This document shows, piece after piece, positions 56,658 through 64,000 of a stretch of 64,000 bases of DNA. Origin of the DNA: an uncultured delta proteobacterium (GTDB lineage Bacteria; Desulfobacterota; Desulfomonilia; UBA1062); assembly GCA_963785235.1 (NCBI GenBank), contig CAWAUM010000002.1, forward strand, positions 224,001 through 288,000, read 5' to 3'. The position numbers and the translations under genes were made by a program. The notes below the pieces were generated by a model. It was given only the letters and a program-made list of their open reading frames with translations, had not been told where the DNA came from and ran no database searches. Within the stretch, counting starts at the first letter, position 1. The number at the start of each line of letters is the position of its first letter.

Positions 56658-57709
56658 TGGCCAAGACACTGCTCTTCGAAATCGGCACCGAGGAGATCCC
56701 CTCGGGCTTCATCGTTCCTGCGCTGAACTTCATGAAGGCCTCAATCACCGAGAAGCTTTCTGCGCTGAAGTTCGAGCACGAAGAAGTTCAGATGTTCTCT
56801 ACGCCCCGGAGGTTCGCCTTCAGGATAGCCGGCATGACCGAGACCCTGCCGGATGCCATGGAGACCAAGATGGGCCCGCCCAAAGGCATAGCCTTCGACA
56901 AGGAAGGCAACCCCACCAAGGCAGGCCTCGGATTCGCCCAGACCTGTGGCGTTGACATCACTGAGGTGGTCATCGCAAAGACACCAAAGGGTGAATACTT
57001 AAGCGTTACCAGGAATATACCCGGGAAATCCGCCATGGAGGTCCTGCCCGAAATACTCGAGGAGATGATCCTCAAGATCCCGTTCACCAAGACCATGCGG
57101 TGGTCAAACCCTGATGTGCGTTTTGCCCGGCCCGTTCATTGGATACTGGCCATGTTCGGCCAGGAAGTGCTTCCGGTGAAATTCGGCAATATCAAGGCCG
57201 GCAGGCTAACCTATGGCAACAGGTTCATGACAAAAGACCCTATCGAGATAACAAGCCCCGATGACTACGAGCAGATCCTGGAAAAGGCCTATGTCATCCC
57301 GGACCTGGAAAAGCGGAAGGCTGCCATCTGGAAGGCGGTTGAGGACCAGGCCAAGAAAATCGGCGCCGAGGTCCTGGACAAGGACCTGCTTGCCGAGGTG
57401 GCGGACCTTCTGGAATACCCGCACCCCATCATCGGCACCTTTGACGAGGCATTCTTAAGGCTCCCCAAGGAAGTCCTTGTCACGGTAATGAAGCACCACC
57501 AGAGATACTTCCCCATGTATGCCGCGCTCGACAGCTCGAAACTCAAGGCATCATTCGGGGCATTCAGCAACATCGTACCCAAGGACGATGCCGTTGTGAG
57601 GACCGGCAACGAGCGGGTTCTCAAGGCCCGGTTGGATGATGCCCGCTATTTCTTTGATGAGGATCTCAAGGTGCCACTGAAGGTGTATGCGGATCGCCTC
57701 AAGAACGTC
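56657..57709 (+). CDS. glyS: Glycyl-tRNA synthetase beta subunit, N-terminal half only (cut at junction)
   Basis: LLFEIGTEEIP, TPRR, MRW..FARPVHW, HQRYFP, GNERVLKARLDDA; homology stops at RLKNV. Confidence 0.93.
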
Positions 57710-58218
57710 AGCGCAACGTCCGCCTCTATTCCAGCTGGGACGCCGATGCCGTCGAGATCGACAGCACCAGGGTCAACTGGCGGTCCATCACCCCCGCCCA
57801 GATGGCCCGCTACAAGCTGCGCCAGGACCCCGGCCCGCTGAACGCGCTCGGCAGGGTGAAATTCGTCTTCCCCAACCGCTTTGCCATCTACATGCACGAC
57901 ACGCCGAAACGCGATCTCTTCAGCCAGTCGGCAAGAAATTTCAGTCACGGCTGCATCCGGGTCAGCGACCCCCTGGCCCTGGCCGCCTTCGCCCTGGAAG
58001 AGGAGAAAAAAGACTGGACCGTGGAGAAAATCAAAGAGACCATCGATACCGGCAGACGAAAGATCGTCCAGTTGACAGCCCCTCTTTCGGTCCATCTCAC
58101 ATATCAGACAACTTGGGTTGACAAAGAGGGATCAATCCATTTTAATAGGGACGTTTATGGCAGGGACACCGAACTTTCCCTTGCATTATTAGGAGAAAAC
58201 CACCCAATGAGAAACTAA
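57709..58218 (+). CDS. L,D-transpeptidase (YcbB/LdtD-like), 3' part only
   Basis: LRQDPGPLNALGRVKFVFPN..IYMHDTP...SHGCIRV...DVYGRD. Confidence 0.9.
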   Translation, partial: QRNVRLYSSWDADAVEIDSTRVNWRSITPAQMARYKLRQDPGPLNALGRVKFVFPNRFAIYMHDTPKRDLFSQSARNFSHGCIRVSDPLALAAFALEEEKKDWTVEKIKETIDTGRRKIVQLTAPLSVHLTYQTTWVDKEGSIHFNRDVYGRDTELSLALLGENHPMRN

Positions 58219-58233
58219 ACTTCAGGATGCCAG

Positions 58234-58797
58234 ATGCCAACCAACGAGACCTTTAAACGATTTTTTCTAAGCCGGCGCAAATTTCTCGCCGCCTCCGCCC
58301 AGTTGGCCATCGGCCTGCTGCTGAGTACCCCGCTCGATGCCATTTCAAGCACCATCGAACCCCACATGCTCTCATTCATCCACACCCACACCGGAGAGCA
58401 GCTTGAAATCAATTACATTCCCGGCAAATGCCCACTGACGGCCAAATCACAGCTTAAAACCTTCCTCCGTGATTTCCGCACCGGCGACACCCATGTCATC
58501 GACACGGCCCTGATGGACATACTCACCCGCATCCAGCGGCTCAGCGGTAGCAAGGGCGTCTACGAGGTCATTTCCGGCTACCGTTCGCCCCGTACCAACG
58601 CCTACCTGCGCGCCAAGAGCGCGGGCGTGGCCAGGGACAGTCTGCACATGCGGGGCAAGGCGATTGATGTCCGCCTCACCGATGTACGGACCAGGGAACT
58701 GCGGGATATTGCCAGGCAGCTTCGCTTCGGCGGGGTCGGTTATTATGCCAAATCGGACTTTGTCCACCTCGATACCGGCCAGTTCCGCCACTGGTAG
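58234..58797 (+). CDS. YcbK/DUF882 M15-family peptidase with Tat signal
   Basis: SRRKFL, HTGE, ISGYRSP.TN, SLHMRGKAID, GGVGYY...FVHLDTG. Confidence 0.92.
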   Translation: MPTNETFKRFFLSRRKFLAASAQLAIGLLLSTPLDAISSTIEPHMLSFIHTHTGEQLEINYIPGKCPLTAKSQLKTFLRDFRTGDTHVIDTALMDILTRIQRLSGSKGVYEVISGYRSPRTNAYLRAKSAGVARDSLHMRGKAIDVRLTDVRTRELRDIARQLRFGGVGYYAKSDFVHLDTGQFRHW

Positions 58798-58836
58798 GGA
58801 AAGGGCCGCTGGTTTTCCAGCGGCCCTTTCCTTTTT
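58798..58836 (+). terminator. Intrinsic terminator
   Basis: GGAAAGGGCCGCTGG-TTTT-CCAGCGGCCCTTTCC-TTTTT. Confidence 0.9.
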
Positions 58837-58911
58837 CCACCGCCCGCCTTGCACGGGCGGCGTTCTCTTTTAACCCTCTGATATTCATCTGGAACAGGCC
58901 GGCTATCGCTC

Positions 58912-60357
58912 ATGGTTATCGACATAGACGAATTCCTCGCGACAGTGGCCGAAGTCGTTGCCGGGACCAGCACCCCGGTCGTCGATCTTATCGCAGTTCA
59001 GACCGAGGACCCGTTCAAGATCCTCGTTGCCACCATCCTTTCGGCCCGCACCAAGGACGAGGTAACCGCCCGGGCTGCCGACCGTCTCTTTAAGGTGGCC
59101 GACACCGTCGAGGCTCTCGACCTACTTTCCGAACAGGCAATCGCCGAGTGCATTTATCCGGTCGGCTTCTACAAAAGCAAGGCCCGTTACCTCAAGCAGC
59201 TCCCCGGCGCCATCAAGGCCTGCGGCAACCGGGTACCCGAAACCATCGAGGAACTGCTCACCCTGCCCGGCGTCGGCCGAAAGACCGCCAACTTGGTCCG
59301 CAGCGTCGCCTTCGGCAAACCGGCGATCTGCGTCGATACCCATGTCCATCGAATCATGAATATCTGGGAATATGTCGAGACCGATACCCCCCTCGAAACG
59401 GAGATGGCCCTGCGCGAAAAGCTGCCGGAGCGGCACTGGCGGCAGGTGAATTCCCTGCTGGTCGCCTTCGGTCAGTCGCTCTGCCGGCCGGTCAGTCCCC
59501 ATTGCGATGTCTGCCCCCTCCTTGGCAGATGTCCACAACACGGCGTCACCCCGAGAAAAATAATGAAAAAATCCGCGGATAACGGCAGAAGGCCCCTCAG
59601 GTTTATCTCTTGGAACGTCAACGGCATCAGGGCCGTCGAACAGAAAGGCTTCAGCGGACTGTTGAGCGGCTTTGACGCCGACATCATCGCCATCCAGGAG
59701 ACCAAGGCCCACCCCGACCAGCTTTCGCCGGAACTGAAGGAGATACCTGGCTATACCTCTTACTGGTACAGCGCCGAGAGAAGGGGCTATTCCGGGGTCG
59801 CCTGCTACAGTCGGCTGGCGCCGCTGCGGGTCATGACTGGCCTGGGCGACCCGGAATTCGACTGCGAAGGACGGGTGCTCACCCTGGAATTTCCCGGTTT
59901 CTATTTCTCCAACGTATACTTTCCCAACAGCGGCGAGGGCTTGAAACGGCTCGACTATAAACTCCGCTTCAATCATGCCCTGGTCGCCTTCGCCTCCCGC
60001 CTGCGGGACGAGAAGACTGTGGTGCTCTGCGGCGACCTCAACGTCGCCCACAAGGAAATCGACCTGAAAAACCCGGCGGCGAACGTCAAAAACGCCGGCT
60101 TCACCCCGGAGGAGCGGGCCTGGATGGACTCCTTCATCGAGGCAGGATTCGTCGACACCTTCCGGATGTTCAACCAGGAACCGGAACAGTATACCTGGTG
60201 GAGCTATCGCTTCAATGCCAGGGCCAAGAATGTCGGATGGCGTATCGACTACTTCTGCATCGATCAGAAGAGCCGTGACAAGGTGCACGGTGCAGCCATC
60301 CTCCTTGACGTCATGGGCTCGGATCACTGCCCGGTGCAGCTCGAATTCCTCCCCTGA
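58912..60357 (+). CDS. Endonuclease III (Nth)-exodeoxyribonuclease III (XthA) fusion
   Basis: LPGVGRKTANLV, VDTHVHR, C-x6-C-x2-C-x5-C; then SWNVNGIRA, QETK, GDLNVAH, GWRIDY, SDHCPV. Confidence 0.93.
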   Translation: MVIDIDEFLATVAEVVAGTSTPVVDLIAVQTEDPFKILVATILSARTKDEVTARAADRLFKVADTVEALDLLSEQAIAECIYPVGFYKSKARYLKQLPGAIKACGNRVPETIEELLTLPGVGRKTANLVRSVAFGKPAICVDTHVHRIMNIWEYVETDTPLETEMALREKLPERHWRQVNSLLVAFGQSLCRPVSPHCDVCPLLGRCPQHGVTPRKIMKKSADNGRRPLRFISWNVNGIRAVEQKGFSGLLSGFDADIIAIQETKAHPDQLSPELKEIPGYTSYWYSAERRGYSGVACYSRLAPLRVMTGLGDPEFDCEGRVLTLEFPGFYFSNVYFPNSGEGLKRLDYKLRFNHALVAFASRLRDEKTVVLCGDLNVAHKEIDLKNPAANVKNAGFTPEERAWMDSFIEAGFVDTFRMFNQEPEQYTWWSYRFNARAKNVGWRIDYFCIDQKSRDKVHGAAILLDVMGSDHCPVQLEFLP

Positions 60358-60396
60358 TTCCTTGCTGCCGGCCTCAACCCGCCGGCAACCTCGGCA

Positions 60397-61503
60397 TCAC
60401 CTGCACAGCTCGGCCATCTCGTCTGGGCAGGTCTTAAAGAGATACGTCAGAAGTTTCCGATGTCCGCTCGGGAAGGCGTACTCGGCCAGCTCCTCGGGCA
60501 GGACCCAGCGGCCGTCCTGGGCGGCCTGGAGCCTGGCGACGTGCCCGTCGCCGACCAGGCGGCAGGCGAAACAGTGCAGCACCACCTTGTAGCAGGTGAA
60601 GTGGTGGATGACGGTGGTTATCCGGCTGCAGACCTCGACCGTAAAGCCGGTCTCCTCCAGATATTCCCTGACAACCGCCTGCTCCGGCGGTTCGCCCTCC
60701 TCCAGCCGGCCGCCGGGAAACTCCCACAGTCCTCCCCAGATATCGTCGGCCAGCCGCTGCTGGATGAAAAGCCGTCCTTCCCTGGCCACAATCCCCGTCG
60801 CCATCTCAATGACGATCGTCTTTCGGCGGCTGCCCGCCACCGGCCGGTCGGCCACGGTTCCCCGCAGGAAGGCAAGGCAGAACCGGGCAAGAGGACAGTC
60901 CTCGCAGCGCGGATTCTTCGGGGTGCAGACCAGGCCACCGAGGTCCATCAGGGCCTGGTTGAAGGCTCTCGCCTTGCCCGCCGGCAGCAGTTCCCAGGCC
61001 AACTGCTCGATACGCCGCCTGCAGCTCCGATCCTTGATCGGCTCGTCAATATCGAAGAGACGGGCGAAGATCCGCATGACGTTGGCATCGATGACCGGCA
61101 TATCCTGATCGCAGGCGATGCTCGCTATGGCCGCCGCGGTATAGGGCCCGATCCCCGGCAGGGAGTGCAGGGCGGCATACTCGCAAGGGATCATGCCGCC
61201 ATGCTCCTCGACCAGCACTCGGGCGGCCCGATGCAGATTCCTGGCCCTGGCGTAATAGCCCAGCCCCTCCCAATACTTGAGGATTTCCTGCTCCTCGGCG
61301 GCCGCCACGGCGGTCACGTCGGGAAAGCGGGCAACCCAGCGCCGGAAATAGTCCACCCCCCGATCCATCTGGGTCTGCTGCAGCATGATCTCGGAAATCC
61401 AGACATGATACGGATCATAGGTCCGGCGCCAGGGCAGGTCGCGTTTCGTCCGGCGGAACCAGGCCAGCAGTCGTCGCTCGATATGTTCTTTCTTCTCTTT
61501 CAT
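60397..61503 (-). CDS. mutY: A/G-specific adenine glycosylase with an intact C-terminal Nudix box
   Basis: WISEIMLQQTQ, WEGLGYYARARN, LPGIGPYTA, Fe-S Cys motif, GRLEEGEPPEQAVVREYLEETGF. Confidence 0.94.
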   Translation of the reverse strand: MKEKKEHIERRLLAWFRRTKRDLPWRRTYDPYHVWISEIMLQQTQMDRGVDYFRRWVARFPDVTAVAAAEEQEILKYWEGLGYYARARNLHRAARVLVEEHGGMIPCEYAALHSLPGIGPYTAAAIASIACDQDMPVIDANVMRIFARLFDIDEPIKDRSCRRRIEQLAWELLPAGKARAFNQALMDLGGLVCTPKNPRCEDCPLARFCLAFLRGTVADRPVAGSRRKTIVIEMATGIVAREGRLFIQQRLADDIWGGLWEFPGGRLEEGEPPEQAVVREYLEETGFTVEVCSRITTVIHHFTCYKVVLHCFACRLVGDGHVARLQAAQDGRWVLPEELAEYAFPSGHRKLLTYLFKTCPDEMAELCR

Positions 61504-61525
61504 CGGGATGCCGCCGCCGGCCGAC

Positions 61526-62470
61526 CTACAAACCCAGCCACTGCAGGCTGAACAGGGCGATGGTATAGGATACGACGGAAAACAGGGTGGAGAGCATGAT
61601 GATCGAGCCGGAGAGTTCTGCGTCCCCTTTCATCTGCTGGGCCATGATATAGGCGGCGGTGGCCGTCGGCGTGCCGGCGAAGATCACCCCGATGGCCAGA
61701 TCTCGGCCGCCGATCCCGAGAAAAAACAGAATCAAGGCTGTGCACAGGGGCAGCCAGACGATCTTGATAGCGGTGGCGATGAGGGCCTTGGAGAGATCGC
61801 CGCGCAACTTCTCCAGCGAAAACGAGGCGCCGATGGCCAGCAGGGCCAACGGCAGGGCCATGCCGGTGATGATGTCGAGACTCCGGTCGATCACCTGCGG
61901 CAGGGGCAGTTCCAGAAAACTCCAGAGAATACCGGCAAAGGAGGAAATGATCAGGGGATTGAAGCCGAGCTGCTGGGCCCAGAAGGCCGCGCCGATCCGC
62001 TGGCCGTTATGCCGGTGCGGCAGGAGCAGGGCAATGATCGCCAGGAAATTGAAAAACGGCACGATGAAGCCCAGGAGGATGCCGGCCGCGGCCAGGCCCT
62101 CCTCGCCGAAGGCATTGAAGACAATGGCCAGGCCGATATAGGCGAGATTGCCGCGGAAGGCCCCCTGGCAGAAGCTGCCGCGCACCTCGGGCGGATAGCC
62201 GCGAAGGGCTGCATAGCCGTAGGAGAGCAGGAAGGTCAGAAAGACGCCGGCAAGCAGGCCGAGTAGCAGCATGCTGTTAAAGCTGGCGGTGAAATCGGCC
62301 ACCGCGATCTTATAAAACAGCAGGGCCGGCAGTGCGATATAGTAGATCAGCCGGTTGAGCTGATAGAGAAAAACGCTGTTGACAAGCCCCGTCCGTTTCA
62401 GGCTGAAACCAAGGCCAATCACCAGAAATACCGGCAGGACGATAAGCAGGATATCGAGAAAGAGGGGCAT
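61526..62470 (-). CDS. AEC (auxin efflux carrier) family transporter
   Basis: ALPALLF, RGNLAYIGL, NPLII, LPLALLAIG, PTATAAY; hydrophobic throughout. Confidence 0.92.
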   Translation of the reverse strand: MPLFLDILLIVLPVFLVIGLGFSLKRTGLVNSVFLYQLNRLIYYIALPALLFYKIAVADFTASFNSMLLLGLLAGVFLTFLLSYGYAALRGYPPEVRGSFCQGAFRGNLAYIGLAIVFNAFGEEGLAAAGILLGFIVPFFNFLAIIALLLPHRHNGQRIGAAFWAQQLGFNPLIISSFAGILWSFLELPLPQVIDRSLDIITGMALPLALLAIGASFSLEKLRGDLSKALIATAIKIVWLPLCTALILFFLGIGGRDLAIGVIFAGTPTATAAYIMAQQMKGDAELSGSIIMLSTLFSVVSYTIALFSLQWLGL

Positions 62471-62925
62471 ACGGGATCAGGGTGTTCGAACGTTATGGCT
62501 TGACGGCTGGCGGACCGGCCTGGATGAGCACGAATGTATATTCCCTTCTACCGGACCTGTCAATTCTTCCGGTCAGTCATCGGTCAAAACCAGAAACGAC
62601 CTCAGCTATTTCTGAAACTAGAGGATCCTGTTATGCATGGCATTCCTGCGCAAATACTCCGCAAACCTGGATTCCATTTTTGCCGGGACACTAAGCATTC
62701 GGAGCTCACAAGTCTCTGCACAACCGTCTTTTTATGTATGATACTCAGAGAGAACCGACTAACAAGTTGCAAAACCCATGACAAGAGATTTATATGTAGT
62801 TCAGATCTGTTATGCAAGGACAATGGAGCCTGTTACCGGTCGCCTCGCAACTTCAGGGCATTCTGGCGGATCTGGAAGGAGGTTTTTTAAATCTGTAACT
62901 TGGAGCTTTCGAGAAACTGCTCAAA

Positions 62926-63167
62926 CATTTTTTATGTGGGCAAATTTAAATAGCAATGGCAGTGGCAAAACTGCCCTGTCAAAAGTTATTTTCTATGAAT
63001 CTAATTATCCAGATTGCTACCTGCCACGGCAAGCCAACCCATTAGTACCAGTAGTGTATAATAGAGATTTTGTGAAAAGTCATTTTTCACAGAGCAACTC
63101 GATTAAAGGTATTTTCACGTTGGGCATAGATGCCAACGAAGCCAAAATATTTAAAAAAAGAAACTAA
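62926..63167 (+). pseudogene. Remnant of an AAA_13/RloC-like ATPase
   Basis: NGSGKTALSKVI...YPDC...VYNRDFVKSHF...IKGIFTLG; no clear start, early stop, AT-rich. Confidence 0.65.
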
Positions 63168-63419
63168 GCAAAAAATTGATGAGCACACAACAAACAAAAA
63201 CATACACCAGATGGCGAGAACTATGCGGCGCTGAATCGGCATGTTCAAGGTCAGTACTGGTGCTGTAAATCGTTAAACTCAAGATTGAAGGTTTCGTAAT
63301 AAGCCCATTTCAAAAAACGACGCCTTGTAAATTCAATATGTTATCATCGATAATATGACCATTTGGGGACTTTTTACGGGATCATCAAGATTAATACACC
63401 CAATTTCCGGACATATCCC

Positions 63420-64000
63420 ATGACAGAATACATTGAATTTTATTGGAAAAAAAGAATTGAAACATGCAGGACAGCATTGCAAAAGAATAATTTTGAAGTT
63501 TTTCTTGCTGAAGATCCAGCAGATGCCAACAAATTGATACTTAATGAAATATTTCCCACAATTTCCGTTAGGAGTGTTTCATGGGGCGACTCGATGTCTC
63601 TGCACGCAACCAAGGTTCTCGAAAAGATAGAGGAGAACCAGGATATCGAAATTATCAAGACATTCGAACCTGGTGTGCCACGGGATGAAATCATGGAACG
63701 TCGCAGGCAAGCCTTGCTCGTTGATGTGTTTTTTAGCGGAAGCAATGCTCTTACTGAATCAGGAAAGTTGGTTAATCTCGATATGGTTGGCAATCGAGTT
63801 GCCGGAATTATCTTTGGACCTAAATACGTAATCATTACAGTTGGAAGAAATAAAATTGTTGCAGAGGTTGAGGAAGCGATGCATCGTATTAAAAATTACG
63901 CTGCTCCCCTGAATGCCATCAGGCATACCGGCTTTAAAACGCCATGTGCAAAAAATTCATACTGTTCCGATTGCAAAAGCCCCGATCGAATATGTAATGT
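63420..64000 (+). CDS. LUD-domain (LutC/YkgG-like) protein, runs off window
   Basis: Manual translation MTEYIEFYWKK...SWGDS...SNALTESGKLVNLDMVGNRVAG..FGP...GRNKIV...PCAKNSYCSDCKSPDRICN. Confidence 0.9.
   Translation, partial: MTEYIEFYWKKRIETCRTALQKNNFEVFLAEDPADANKLILNEIFPTISVRSVSWGDSMSLHATKVLEKIEENQDIEIIKTFEPGVPRDEIMERRRQALLVDVFFSGSNALTESGKLVNLDMVGNRVAGIIFGPKYVIITVGRNKIVAEVEEAMHRIKNYAAPLNAIRHTGFKTPCAKNSYCSDCKSPDRICN

Noticed and set aside
57710-57841. Novel C-terminal extension of GlyS (SATSASIPAG...)
   Set aside because: Out-of-frame read-through into the transpeptidase gene across the junction.

Overview
Bacterial chromosomal DNA, by gene content and order most like a Desulfobacterota/deltaproteobacterial anaerobe (inference). 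Bases 1-57.7 kb carry mostly housekeeping genes: parS-parA-parB-(probable oriC)-dnaN-gyrB-gyrA with no adjacent dnaA, the rimP-nusA-infB-rbfA-truB-rpsO-pnp operon, rfbBD, pyrRBC, a type IV pilin, copA and recO-glyQS, plus three tRNAs. Many genes in this part have single-base indels that look like long-read errors. An ~8.3-kb integrase-less island sits in tRNA-Arg(CCT) between 42-bp direct repeats. It carries a degenerate primase, a parS-like site, a perR-katG-selenocysteine peroxiredoxin unit, and two convergent, paralogous sigma54-type mini-operons (a small hairpin membrane protein plus an AtpZ/AtpI-family protein). At ~57,709 glyS joins abruptly to the middle of an L,D-transpeptidase gene in GC-richer DNA, probably a contig join or chimera. 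That segment has an Nth-XthA fusion and a MutY with an intact Nudix box. The most novel signals are a ~590-aa GAPDH-like protein at 28.2-30.0 kb whose conserved blocks are in a rearranged A-C-B order, and the duplicated sigma54 hairpin/AtpZ module. All calls were made by eye from motifs; no database searches were run.
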